Shown one piece after another: positions 9,520 through 18,366 of a stretch of 64,000 bases of DNA. The notes under the pieces were generated by a model. The model searched no databases, was not told the DNA's origin, and saw only the letters and a program-made list of their open reading frames with translations. Within the stretch, counting starts at the first letter, position 1; each line of letters begins with the position of its first letter. This DNA is from Acidobacteriota bacterium (GTDB lineage: Bacteria; Acidobacteriota; Terriglobia; Bryobacterales; Bryobacteraceae): positions 27,967-91,966 of the forward strand of contig JAJYLS010000001.1 of NCBI GenBank assembly GCA_021787555.1, written 5' to 3'. The translations under genes and the position numbers were made by a program.

Positions 9520-11021
9520 TGGAGCCGCCCTATCTCTCGGTCGTGGCGACAGCCCGCAATGACGAGCACGGCGGCAATCTCCTGCGGCGGCTACAGACGT
9601 TCGTCAACGCCCTCGCCGGCCAGGCTCGACACCACGCAGTACCGGTTGAGCTCGTGCTCGTCGAGTGGAATCCGCCGCCTGAGCGGCCGACGCTGCGGGA
9701 AGCCATCCGGTGGCCGGAGCCGGGTCCGTGCCGCATCCGCGTGGTGACGGTCCCCGCGGAGATCCACCGGCGCTATCCGCACCACGAAAACCTCCCGCTG
9801 TTTCAGATGATCGGCAAGAACGCGGGCATCCGCCGAGCCGAGGGCGAGTTCATCCTGGCCACCAACATCGATGTTCTCTTCTCCTGCGAATTCTTCGAGC
9901 TGCTGGCCGCGCGCCGCCTGGAGTCCGGCCGTCTCTACCGTATGGATCGCCACGACGTGGATGCCGGTGTTCCGCCCGCCGCGCCCGTCGTCGAACAGCT
10001 CCAATACTGCCGCACCCACGCCATCCGGATTCACGCCCGCGAAGGCAGCTTCGCGTTGACTGCGGATGACCACCGCGGCCTCGCGGTGCGCGATATCGCG
10101 CGCGCCGCGGAGGGAGTCTTCTTCGAAACCGGCTGGTATCCGCCCGAGCAGCATTTCGGCCGCCTCTTCCGTTGGGCCGCGCCTCAATCGGAGATTGCCG
10201 TGCGCCCGGCTGCCTCGCCGCGGGTGCTCTTGCTCGAGGTGGAGCCGGCGGCGGCCGCGGTGGCCCTCCGCGCCGGTGCCACGGAAGTCCGCATCGCCGG
10301 CCGCGCGCTTCTCAGGCTGCTTGTGCCGGCGGGCCGATGCGGCATTCGTTTGGAGGCCTCCCCACCGGCGCGTGTCGCCCTGGATCCCCGCACTCTCTGC
10401 TTTCGCGCCTTCCGCTGCCGCTGGGCCGCTGCTCCGGCAGGATCCGAATGCGCCGCCATTGAGGCGGCCAGGGCCGCTCCCCGGCCGTTCGCCCGTGCCG
10501 GCGAGATCGTTTTGCGCGGCGCGGAGTTCGCCCGCGATGTCGCTTTCGGCCGCGCCCGCTTCCGCATGGGCCGGCCGCCGCGGATGTCCTCCGGCGGCAA
10601 GCCCGGTCCCGCGGCCCTGCCTCCCGACCTTCACCTGAACGCTTCCGGCGATTTCACTCTCCTCGATCGGGCCCGCTGGTTCGCGCTCCGCGGTTATCCC
10701 GAATTCGCCATGTACTCCATGAATCTCGATTCGCTCTTGTGCTACATGGCCCATTACGCCGGCGCGGTCGAGTGTGTCTTGCGCGACCCCATACGCGCTT
10801 ACCACATCGAGCACGGTGCCGGCTCCGGCTGGACCCCCGAGGGAGAAAGGCTCCTTTTCAGCCGCCTCTCGGCCGCCGGAATCCCCTGGATGGAATTCGA
10901 CGAAGTCTTCCGCCGGGCCTGCGAAATGGAGCGCCTGCAAACGGTTCCGGCGTCTAACGGCGACGATTGGGGCCTGGCGGGGGAGCATTTGCCGGAAACC
11001 GTGCTCGCCGCCCGCGCATGA
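9519..11021 (+). CDS. GT2-like glycosyltransferase-family protein (tandem paralogue 2)
   Basis: The ATG at 9519 overlaps the upstream TGA (TGATG). MEPPYLSVVATARNDEHGGNLLRRLQTFVNAL...ELVLVEWNPP...ILATNIDVLFS and GDFTLLDRARWFALRGY...YHIEHGAGSGWTPEG are collinear with the upstream gene. The track ORF 8796..11021 has a spurious N-terminal extension. Confidence 0.75.
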   Translation: MEPPYLSVVATARNDEHGGNLLRRLQTFVNALAGQARHHAVPVELVLVEWNPPPERPTLREAIRWPEPGPCRIRVVTVPAEIHRRYPHHENLPLFQMIGKNAGIRRAEGEFILATNIDVLFSCEFFELLAARRLESGRLYRMDRHDVDAGVPPAAPVVEQLQYCRTHAIRIHAREGSFALTADDHRGLAVRDIARAAEGVFFETGWYPPEQHFGRLFRWAAPQSEIAVRPAASPRVLLLEVEPAAAAVALRAGATEVRIAGRALLRLLVPAGRCGIRLEASPPARVALDPRTLCFRAFRCRWAAAPAGSECAAIEAARAAPRPFARAGEIVLRGAEFARDVAFGRARFRMGRPPRMSSGGKPGPAALPPDLHLNASGDFTLLDRARWFALRGYPEFAMYSMNLDSLLCYMAHYAGAVECVLRDPIRAYHIEHGAGSGWTPEGERLLFSRLSAAGIPWMEFDEVFRRACEMERLQTVPASNGDDWGLAGEHLPETVLAARA

Positions 11022-11078
11022 CACCGGGCCGCGGAGCAATTGAGGGGGATCGCCAGGGACCTTCCGGCGTAATGCGGG

Positions 11079-11084
11079 TATAAT
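11079..11084 (+). promoter_or_regulatory. Candidate -10 box (TATAAT) upstream of the priming transferase gene
   Basis: A perfect TATAAT lies 38 nt upstream of the ATG at 11122, in a 100-bp intergenic gap. I found no convincing -35. Confidence 0.25.
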
Positions 11085-11121
11085 GTGAAACTGAATGTCA
11101 TAACGCACCGGTCGCTCTTGG

Positions 11122-12513
11122 ATGATCCGCCTATTTCGAGTCTTCATCCCCGCGGGCACCGTCACCCTGTTGATCTCGGAGATTCTCCTGGTGACGGCGT
11201 CATTCGTGATTGCCTGTTATCTGGTTTTTCAGGCCGATCCCACCGACTATCTCCTCTATGACGGGGGGCTGGTGCGTATTTTCATGGTCCTGCTGTGCAT
11301 CCTGATCGGGCTGCACTTCCACGACCTGTATTCGCAGATCTACGTCAAATCGCGTCTTGTTCTGTTTCAGCAGCTTTCGCTGGTGATCGGGATCGCCTTC
11401 CTCCTCCAGGGTCTCATCAGCTATGTGGACCGCAACCTGCGGATGCCCGTCCGGATCATGGTCGTTGGCAGTTTCCTATCGATGGCCCTGATTTTTATCT
11501 GGCGAACGATTTTCAGCGCGTATGCGCAGCAGGTAGTCGGGAACGACCGCTTGCTGCTGGTCGGAAGCAGCCCCGTGCTGGAGGATATCGCCCGCTACGT
11601 CGACGAGCATCCGGAGGCCGGGCTGGCGGTGGCAGGCTACGTGGACGATTCCCAGGAGGCAGGCACCGACCTTCCCGGCGGCAAGTTGCTCGGGCCGTTG
11701 GGCTCGCTGCGTGAAATCGTCCAGGCCACCAAGCCCAACCGTATTGTGGTGGGTATGTTCGAGCGGCGCAATCGCGTTCCCGTGGCCGAGTTGCTCGACT
11801 TGCGCTTCGCCGGGCACGTCATCGAGGAAGCCGGCAGCGCCTACGAACGGATTTGCGGCCGGGTTTGCATCAAGGAGTTACGGCCCTCGCAGTTCATCTA
11901 TTCGGGCGAGCTGGGGCCCGGCCGTCAGACCCTGTTCTACCAAGCCTTTGTCCATACGGCCCTGGCGGGTTTCGGCGTTATCGTGGCGTCGCCGCTCATG
12001 CTGCTCACGGCATTTGCGGTCCGGCTCTCCTCTGCCGGTCCCGTGCTCTACCGCCAGGTGCGCGTGGGCATGGACGGCGTTCCCTTCACGCTCTACAAGT
12101 TCCGCTCCATGCGCGCCGATGCCGAGGCCGGCACCGGCGCGGTGTGGGCCACCAAGGACGATCCCCGCGTCACGGGCGTCGGCCGCGTGATCCGCAAGCT
12201 CCGTTTTGACGAACTGCCCCAGCTTTTCAATGTTTTGAAGGGCGAGATGGCGTTGGTGGGCCCGCGCCCCGAGCGCCCCGAGTTCGTGAAGGCGCTCTCG
12301 GAACAAATCCCCTATTACCGCCAGCGCCACTGTGTCCGGCCCGGCGTCACCGGCTGGGCCCAGATCTGCTACAAGTACGGCGACACGCTCGAAGATACCA
12401 TCACCAAGCTCGAATACGATCTCTACTACATCAAGAACATGTCCATGAGCCTGGACGGCTACATCATCTTCCACACCGTGAAAGCCATGTTGCTCTCTCG
12501 CGGCGCGCAATAG
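11122..12513 (+). CDS. Exopolysaccharide polyprenyl glycosylphosphotransferase (bacterial sugar transferase, EpsB/WbaP-like)
   Basis: There are 4-5 N-terminal TM segments and a central Rossmann-like region. The C-terminal bacterial sugar transferase domain carries PLMLLTAFAVRLSSAGPVLYRQVRVGMDGVPFTLYKFRSM...DELPQLFNVLKGEMALVGPRPERPEF...RPGVTGWAQ. Confidence 0.9.
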   Translation: MIRLFRVFIPAGTVTLLISEILLVTASFVIACYLVFQADPTDYLLYDGGLVRIFMVLLCILIGLHFHDLYSQIYVKSRLVLFQQLSLVIGIAFLLQGLISYVDRNLRMPVRIMVVGSFLSMALIFIWRTIFSAYAQQVVGNDRLLLVGSSPVLEDIARYVDEHPEAGLAVAGYVDDSQEAGTDLPGGKLLGPLGSLREIVQATKPNRIVVGMFERRNRVPVAELLDLRFAGHVIEEAGSAYERICGRVCIKELRPSQFIYSGELGPGRQTLFYQAFVHTALAGFGVIVASPLMLLTAFAVRLSSAGPVLYRQVRVGMDGVPFTLYKFRSMRADAEAGTGAVWATKDDPRVTGVGRVIRKLRFDELPQLFNVLKGEMALVGPRPERPEFVKALSEQIPYYRQRHCVRPGVTGWAQICYKYGDTLEDTITKLEYDLYYIKNMSMSLDGYIIFHTVKAMLLSRGAQ

Positions 12514-12514
12514 G

Positions 12515-13633
12515 TCACACCGCGTTCAGGAATCCGCCGATCGCCTCCACAATCCGCTCGCTTGCGTGCCCGTCGCCGTAGGGATTGTGCACACGAGCCA
12601 TGCGCCGGTATGCGGCTTCGTCTTCCAGTAGACGCGCGGCTTCGGCGACGATGCGCCGGGGGTCGGTCCCCACCAGCTTGACCGTCCCCGCTTCCACCGC
12701 TTCCGGGCGCTCGGTGGTTTCCCGCATCACCAGCACCGGCTTGCCGAGCGACGGTCCTTCTTCCTGAATCCCGCCCGAGTCGGTGATCAACAGGTGCGCG
12801 CGGCGCATCAAGCCCACAAACGAGACGTACTCCAGCGGTTCGATCAGCACGATGTTCGGCCGTCCGTCCAGGCGCTTCGTCACCGGGTCGAGCACGTTCG
12901 GGTTGCGGTGCACCGGATAGACCACCTGTACATCCGGGCGCTGGGCCAGTGCTGCAAGGGCATCGCAGATCCGTTCAATCCCTTCGCCGAAGCTCTCGCG
13001 GCGGTGCGCTGTCACGGCGATGAGTTTCTTGGAGTCATCCAGCCAGGGCCATTCCGGCCCGCGCAGTCTTCCCTGCCCCAGCGCGCAGGCCACGAACAGG
13101 ACGGCGTCGATGCCGGAATTCCCCGTGACGATGATGCGCTCCGGCGCGACGCCCTCGGCCAGCAGATTGGCGCGTGCCCATTCCGTGGGAGCGAAATGCA
13201 GCGCCGCGAGACGGCCCGTGACCAGCCGGTTCAATTCCTCGGGGAAAGGCCGGGCTAAATCGCCGGTCCGCAGTCCGGCCTCGACATGCGCCACCGGCAC
13301 CCGGCGGTAAAAGGCCGCGAGCGCTCCCGCCATGGTGGTGGTGGTGTCGCCCTGGACCACCGCCATATCGAAGTGTTTGCCGGCGAAAATCGGGTCCAGC
13401 GCCCCGAGCACCCGGGCGGTAATCTGCGCCAGCGTCTGATTCGGCGTCATCAGGTCCAGGTCGTAATCCGGCACGACGCCGAAGCACTCGAGGACTTGGT
13501 CCAACATGGTGCGATGCTGGGCCGTCACGCACACACACACCTCGATCCCGGGCGCCTTGCGCATCTCCCGGATCACCGGGCAGAGCTTGATGGCTTCCGG
13601 CCGCGTGCCGAAGATGAACAGTACCCGCTTCAT
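12515..13633 (-). CDS. wecB: UDP-N-acetylglucosamine 2-epimerase (non-hydrolysing)
   Basis: [20 protein letters not shown]..., ...HVEAGLRT..., ...[28 protein letters not shown] chose the start at M35 of the track ORF (13633), which gives an ATGA overlap with the upstream gene. Confidence 0.9.
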   Translation of the reverse strand: MKRVLFIFGTRPEAIKLCPVIREMRKAPGIEVCVCVTAQHRTMLDQVLECFGVVPDYDLDLMTPNQTLAQITARVLGALDPIFAGKHFDMAVVQGDTTTTMAGALAAFYRRVPVAHVEAGLRTGDLARPFPEELNRLVTGRLAALHFAPTEWARANLLAEGVAPERIIVTGNSGIDAVLFVACALGQGRLRGPEWPWLDDSKKLIAVTAHRRESFGEGIERICDALAALAQRPDVQVVYPVHRNPNVLDPVTKRLDGRPNIVLIEPLEYVSFVGLMRRAHLLITDSGGIQEEGPSLGKPVLVMRETTERPEAVEAGTVKLVGTDPRRIVAEAARLLEDEAAYRRMARVHNPYGDGHASERIVEAIGGFLNAV

Positions 13634-14349
13634 CGGTATTTGCCTGTTATCCCGTTCCACCGGACCCGGAGCGGATCCAGAAAGGCCGAAATACCGTGCA
13701 GCAGCCCTACCTTGGTGCCTGCCACATTGTTCCACCGCACCGGCACTTCAATGGCCCGGTAGCCCAATTGCCGGGCGATAAATAGGACCTCTACGTCGAA
13801 TCCGAACCGCTCCAGCGTCTGGCGCGAGAAAATCTCACGTGCCGCGCTCGTCTTGAACAGCTTGAACCCGCACTGCGTGTCGCGAAACGGAAGACCCGTG
13901 GAAGTCCTGACCACCAGGTTAAAGAGCCGTCCTACGGCTTCCCGAAAAAACGGCTGATGGACGCCGATCAGCGACCGGTCTAGCGCCCTCGATCCGATGG
14001 CCACTTGCGCTCCGGCGCGCTCCGCCGCTTGCCACAGCTTGTCGAGGTCCTCGATCGGCGCGGACAGGTCGGCATCGGTAAACAGCGCCCAGTCGCCCGA
14101 GGCCTCCTGCATTCCGTGGCGCACGCTGTACCCTTTACCGCGGTTGCCGGGGTTCCGCAGCACGCGTACGCGCCCGTCCGCCGATTGCGCGGCTTCGACC
14201 GTGTGGTCGCTTGAGCCGTCGTCAACCACCACGACCTCGGCAAAATCCCAGGGCGTCCTCGCCAGGTATGCCAGCACCGTTCTCAACGTCTGCGGCAAAC
14301 GCTGCTCTTCGTTATAGGCCGGGATGATGATCGAGATAGATCGCTGCAA
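13630..14349 (-). CDS. GT2 polyprenol-phosphate glycosyltransferase-like (dolichyl-phosphate glucosyl/mannosyl-transferase type)
   Basis: [19 protein letters not shown]...[12 protein letters not shown]...[15 protein letters not shown]...FTDADLS. 239 aa and soluble GT-A. The start codon is a TTG at 14349, since no in-frame ATG precedes the IIIPAYNE strand. Confidence 0.85.
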   Translation of the reverse strand: MQRSISIIIPAYNEEQRLPQTLRTVLAYLARTPWDFAEVVVVDDGSSDHTVEAAQSADGRVRVLRNPGNRGKGYSVRHGMQEASGDWALFTDADLSAPIEDLDKLWQAAERAGAQVAIGSRALDRSLIGVHQPFFREAVGRLFNLVVRTSTGLPFRDTQCGFKLFKTSAAREIFSRQTLERFGFDVEVLFIARQLGYRAIEVPVRWNNVAGTKVGLLHGISAFLDPLRVRWNGITGKYR

Positions 14350-14458
14350 GGAAAGACCATAATAGCCGATTTCAAGCGGGGGCCAGGAGATGGCACGGAT
14401 TCCTTAAATACCCACTTTAACCATGTAACTCTATATTGCAGATACTAATACACGGTAC

Positions 14459-14722
14459 ATGCCAAAGTTTCACACTTTATGCTTGCAGAAAGCATTTGAT
14501 CGTCTTAACATAGAACAAATGCGGAATGGTGAACGTTCTCAGATGTATCTAACGACCGCTCGTGTAGCCCGCATTCTGGGAATCAATAAGCGAACCTTGC
14601 ATAACTGGATTAAAGCAGGAAAAATTCCGGGCCCCAACGCCAATCCGGACAATGGATATCTCCAATGGACCATGGCGGATGTTGAGGTCGTCCGCAACGT
14701 GCTGATGGAGGAACCGAAGTGA
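14459..14722 (+). CDS. Small helix-turn-helix DNA-binding protein (excisionase/MerR-like HTH)
   Basis: YLTTARVARILGINKRTLHNWIKAGKIPGP is a typical excisionase-type HTH. The stop overlaps the ParA GTG start (GTGA). The true start is uncertain (ATG at 14459, 14519 or 14543). Confidence 0.6.
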   Translation: MPKFHTLCLQKAFDRLNIEQMRNGERSQMYLTTARVARILGINKRTLHNWIKAGKIPGPNANPDNGYLQWTMADVEVVRNVLMEEPK

Positions 14723-15516
14723 TTCGACTGGTGATTGCCAACCAGAAGGGCGGCGTCGCAAAGACTACGACCACCCTAAGCCTGGCGCGCGAATTTGCGG
14801 AGCGCGGCCTCAAGGTGCTGCTGATCGATATCGACCCCCAGGGCTCCATTGGCGCGAGCCTCGGCCTCAAGGCTGCAAACTATTTGTATAGCTTCGTGAT
14901 CTCGAATTACCGCTTCAAGGACTGCCTGGTGGAGGCGCATCCCGGGATCGATGTGCTGTGCAGCAACCGCGAGACCACGGATATCGAGGGCATTCTGACG
15001 CCGCGGACCGGGCGGGAGCTGATTTTCCAGGTCCTGCTGACGCCTGTCGAGAAGGACTACGACGCCGTGATCATCGACTGCCCGCCGGCCATTTCCCTGC
15101 TCCAGAGCTGCGCGGTGATGTATTCGCAGCAGATCCTGATCCCCCTGACGATGGATCCGCTGAGCCTGCAAGGCGCCTACGCCGCGATCCAGACCTCCGC
15201 CACGCTGAACCGGCTTTTCAAAGCGAATATCCAACCGGTGGCGGTGCTGCCGGTGCAGGTGGACCGGCGGTTGCAGATGACCGACGTGATTCTCGACAGC
15301 CTGCAGTCGCTTTCACGCGAGTACAACATTCCCCTGCTCCCGGCCGTGCGCACCGATTCCACGGTACCCAAGGCGACGCGGGCGCGCCGGTTTCTTCTGG
15401 ATTTCGACCCCAAATGCAAAGCTGTGGAAGACTACCGCCTGGTTGCCGAGCAGTTGCTCGAGCACCTCAAAGGACAGTTGAATGAGCGGCAGTTCGCGCT
15501 CCCGGCAGAAGCGTAA
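14719..15516 (+). CDS. parA: ParA/Soj-family partition ATPase
   Basis: Deviant Walker A in VIANQKGGVAKTTTT, then LLIDIDPQGS and the Walker B region YDAVIIDCPP. GTG start. Confidence 0.9.
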   Translation: MIRLVIANQKGGVAKTTTTLSLAREFAERGLKVLLIDIDPQGSIGASLGLKAANYLYSFVISNYRFKDCLVEAHPGIDVLCSNRETTDIEGILTPRTGRELIFQVLLTPVEKDYDAVIIDCPPAISLLQSCAVMYSQQILIPLTMDPLSLQGAYAAIQTSATLNRLFKANIQPVAVLPVQVDRRLQMTDVILDSLQSLSREYNIPLLPAVRTDSTVPKATRARRFLLDFDPKCKAVEDYRLVAEQLLEHLKGQLNERQFALPAEA

Positions 15517-16849
15517 GCTGGAGCCCATCAGCCTCGAAGAACTAGCCGGCACGACCGGGATGTCGGGGTTCTGCACTTTTTTGACGCGGGACGCGTCGGT
15601 GCCGGTTCCTGCGCTGGACCGGCAGGCGGCGGACTCGATCGGCAGCCCGGCCGCCGCGGGGAGTGTGGCCGCACCGCTTGAAGCGAGTGCACTTGAGTCA
15701 GAAGTTGTTGCGTCAACTGCACCTCTTTCAACTGCACCCATTTCAGATGCATCATATTTAAATGCAGTTGAAACAGATGCATCTAAAAGAGGTGCACCTG
15801 TCTTGACTGCATCTGTTTCAGGAGCACCGAGGCTGGCTGTTTCAACTCCTCCGTTGGCGGACCCGCCGACTATCGAATCGAGTGCACCTGATTCAGGCGC
15901 ATCCGATAGCGATGCTGTTGAAACAGGTGCACCTGAACCGAGTGCTTTCGAATTCCGGCGCGAACGCCGCCTCCGCATCCGCGAAGCCGTCACCGTCCAG
16001 GACGGCCATTCGCTCGCCGAACAGGCAGTCTACGACGCCATGTACCGGGCAGGGAAGCTCTACCAGGGAGATTCCCGGATCCTCACTATCGGCCTCCGCA
16101 CCCTGGCCGAGCTTTCCCGCATGGCTTACAGCAACTGCAAATTAAACGTCCGGTCGCTGGTTGCCAAGCTCGCCATCGACGAAAGCCCGGAGTTCAGCTA
16201 TACCGAAGGCCGCACTTACGTCATCTACAGCTTTCGCGAGATCCTCCGGCGGAGGAAAGCCGCCGGCCTTACCCACGTGGTCCGCACGCGCGGCGTGGCG
16301 TTTGTCGATCCGGCTACGGGGAAGGAATTGAGTGCATGTGAATCGAGTGCACCTGATCTACCTGGAAGTGCACTTGCGACATCCATAAGAAGTGCGTCTG
16401 AACCCACTGAATCGAGTGCACTTGCGTCCGGCGCGGATATAAGGAAGAGGCACTTGATGAGCAATTCCGGACAGGCATCGTCGTCGTCCTCCGCCGTACC
16501 CGCTCTGGTGGCGGCCCTCCGCCGCCACATCCCGGACGTCGACGACGACGCGGCCGCGGAACTCTGGCAGCGCTGCATCGACAACGCTCCCGACGCGCGC
16601 ATCGACGAAGTGGTCCACTTCATCGACCTCAAAGCCGGCAAGCCCGGCATCCGCATGCCCCTCGGGTTCCTCCTGACAGCGGTGCCCAAGTGTTTCGCCG
16701 GGGATGCTTTCCGCCAGTTCCGCGCCGAGCGTGCGCGGAGCACGGAAGGGAACCTCGCTCGGGACCGCCTGTTTGCTGACGAGGTCCTCAAGAACCCCGA
16801 AGCCGACGAGGAGCAGCGCCAATGGGCCCGCGAGGTCCTCGGACTTTAA
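15482..16849 (+). CDS. Hypothetical protein: basic N-terminus, low-complexity S/A/P/E repeats, putative winged-helix core (candidate ParB-like or Rep-like partner of ParA)
   Basis: The 455-aa ORF overlaps the parA 3' end by 35 nt. The N-terminus is basic (MSGSSRSRQKRKLEP). Repeated (E/T)S(S/G)AP-type motifs occur. The central region is AEQAVYDAMYRAG...RILTIGLRTLAELSRMAYSNCKLNVRSLVAKL. I recognise no family. Confidence 0.55.
   Translation: MSGSSRSRQKRKLEPISLEELAGTTGMSGFCTFLTRDASVPVPALDRQAADSIGSPAAAGSVAAPLEASALESEVVASTAPLSTAPISDASYLNAVETDASKRGAPVLTASVSGAPRLAVSTPPLADPPTIESSAPDSGASDSDAVETGAPEPSAFEFRRERRLRIREAVTVQDGHSLAEQAVYDAMYRAGKLYQGDSRILTIGLRTLAELSRMAYSNCKLNVRSLVAKLAIDESPEFSYTEGRTYVIYSFREILRRRKAAGLTHVVRTRGVAFVDPATGKELSACESSAPDLPGSALATSIRSASEPTESSALASGADIRKRHLMSNSGQASSSSSAVPALVAALRRHIPDVDDDAAAELWQRCIDNAPDARIDEVVHFIDLKAGKPGIRMPLGFLLTAVPKCFAGDAFRQFRAERARSTEGNLARDRLFADEVLKNPEADEEQRQWAREVLGL
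15686..16422. repeat. Array of GTGCAC-centred short palindromes (possible centromere-like or iteron sites)
   Basis: GTGCAC occurs at 15687, 15792, 15882, 15927, 16347, 16368 and 16416. Extended palindromes are AGTGCACT, AGGTGCACCT (15790-15799), CAGGTGCACCTG (15924-15935) and AAGTGCACTT (16366-16375). The identical 18-mer GAATCGAGTGCACCTGAT occurs at 15875-15892 and 16340-16357, and its first 13 nt recur at 16409-16421. Further TGCA-core motifs (GATGCATC etc.) lie at 15714-15815. Confidence 0.6.
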
Positions 16850-17358
16850 CCCTGCCCGATGAACCGGCTCACCGCGTCGAAATCGTTTTGCAGGGCAAAT
16901 ACAATAGCGCCAATCTTTTCCAGGAAATCGGGGGTGCTGGCGAAGTCGATCGTCAGGCGGCCGGGGGTCAACTCGACGCCCGCCGGCAACTTCTGGAACC
17001 GCGTGCTCACGAGCGCCAGCGCGCGCTTTTCCTGGGCCACCCCGACGTGCCGCGCCCGGGCCGCAGCCACCAGGGCATCCAGGCGTTCCTCCACCCGCGT
17101 GCGCCGGGCCATTTCCCGCGAATATTCGCCGGTCTCGCGCAGCGATTGGAGTTGCCGGACCAGATCCGCCCGGCCGCACACCAGGGTGTTCCCGGGGCCT
17201 GGGGTCGCCTCGCAGCGCCGCATGATGCGCCAGGCGACGGTTTTCGACACCCCCAGCGTCTCTTCCAACGTCCGCCGGTCCACCCACTCGGCGGAAAGCT
17301 CCTGGAAAACCTCGATCGCCTCGGTAATTCGATGAAAATACGCCGGGGTTGCTGGCAT
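16846..17358 (-). CDS. Hypothetical protein with probable HTH
   Basis: The start is at M7 of track ORF 16846..17376 (MPATPAYFHRITEAIEVF...). The segment RRTLEETLGVSKTVAWRIMRR looks like an HTH. The gene is divergent from the recombinase gene, and its stop overlaps the convergent ORF by 4 nt. Confidence 0.5.
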   Translation of the reverse strand: MPATPAYFHRITEAIEVFQELSAEWVDRRTLEETLGVSKTVAWRIMRRCEATPGPGNTLVCGRADLVRQLQSLRETGEYSREMARRTRVEERLDALVAAARARHVGVAQEKRALALVSTRFQKLPAGVELTPGRLTIDFASTPDFLEKIGAIVFALQNDFDAVSRFIGQG

Positions 17359-17424
17359 GGCGCGATGATAGCACAATCCATCATGTAGTGGAACGATCGT
17401 TTCACATCAAGAGAAAAATATTTC

Positions 17425-17442
17425 CGATAATGATTGTTATCG
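17425..17442. promoter_or_regulatory. Inverted repeat CGATAA-N6-TTATCG in the divergent promoter region of the recombinase gene
   Basis: The repeat was seen directly. It lies in the AT-rich 99-bp gap between 17358 and 17458, immediately upstream of a TATACT hexamer (17445-17450) that is 7 nt from the ATG. Confidence 0.35.
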
Positions 17443-17457
17443 TATATACTTGTTCCG

Positions 17458-18366
17458 ATGCATCCTGCGGCGCTGGTTTCAGCTCCCGACGCGGTCGTGC
17501 GCTTGAAACGGCTGGTCCTGGACAGCCTGCGCTCGGAGCATTCCCGCCGCGCGTACCTTCACGCCCTGGATGACTTCTTCGGATGGGTTCAGTCCGAACC
17601 ACGCGGTCCTTTCGGCCGGGCCCTGGTGCAGGAATACCGGGCATATCTCGAACAACTCAATCTGGCGCCCTCCACCATCAACGTGCGGCTTTCGGCGCTG
17701 CGGAAACTGGCTTCCGAAAGCGTCGAGAACGGCTATCTGGACGGCGCTACGGCACAAGCGGTGATGTCGCTGAAGAGCGTCCGGCAGGCGGGCATCAGGG
17801 CAGGGAACTGGCTCACGCGGGAACAGGCGCAGTCGCTGCTGGCGCAGCCGGATGCCGCGACCCTCCGCGGCAAGCGTGACCGCGCCATTCTGGCGCTCCT
17901 GGTCTGCTGCGGCCTTCGGCGCACCGAAGTGGCGGGGCTGCGCGCCGGGGACATTGTCCAAAGAGAAGGCCGCTGGGTAATTGCCGACCTCGCAGGCAAA
18001 GGCGGCCGGCTGCGCACGGTGCCGGTGCCGGCGGCGGTCAAGGCCGCGGTGGATAGCTGGACCGCGGCCGCGGGAATCCGCAGCGGCCCGATCTTCCGCT
18101 CCACCCGGTCAGCGGACGCCGGTCGCGAAGCACCGCTCACCGGCAAGACGATCTGGCACGTCGTGGCGAAATATGCGGCGCAAATCGGCGTGCGCGACCT
18201 GGCGCCGCACGATTTACGCCGGACATGTGCCAAGTTGTGCCGGGCGTCGGGTGGAGAACTCGAGCAGATCCAGTTTCTGCTCGGCCACGCCTCCATCCAA
18301 ACTACGGAGCGATACCTCGGCAGCCGCCAAAACCTGGTACAGGCCGTCAATGACAACTTGCTTTAG
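17458..18366 (+). CDS. Tyrosine recombinase / phage-integrase-family protein (XerC/D-like)
   Basis: N-terminal SAM-like core-binding domain (SEHSRRAYLHALDDFFGW...STINVRLSALRKL). The catalytic domain has RDRAILALLVCCGLRRTEV, ...HDLRRTCA... and LLGHASIQTTERYLG (R..HxxR..H..Y signature). Confidence 0.9.
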   Translation: MHPAALVSAPDAVVRLKRLVLDSLRSEHSRRAYLHALDDFFGWVQSEPRGPFGRALVQEYRAYLEQLNLAPSTINVRLSALRKLASESVENGYLDGATAQAVMSLKSVRQAGIRAGNWLTREQAQSLLAQPDAATLRGKRDRAILALLVCCGLRRTEVAGLRAGDIVQREGRWVIADLAGKGGRLRTVPVPAAVKAAVDSWTAAAGIRSGPIFRSTRSADAGREAPLTGKTIWHVVAKYAAQIGVRDLAPHDLRRTCAKLCRASGGELEQIQFLLGHASIQTTERYLGSRQNLVQAVNDNLL

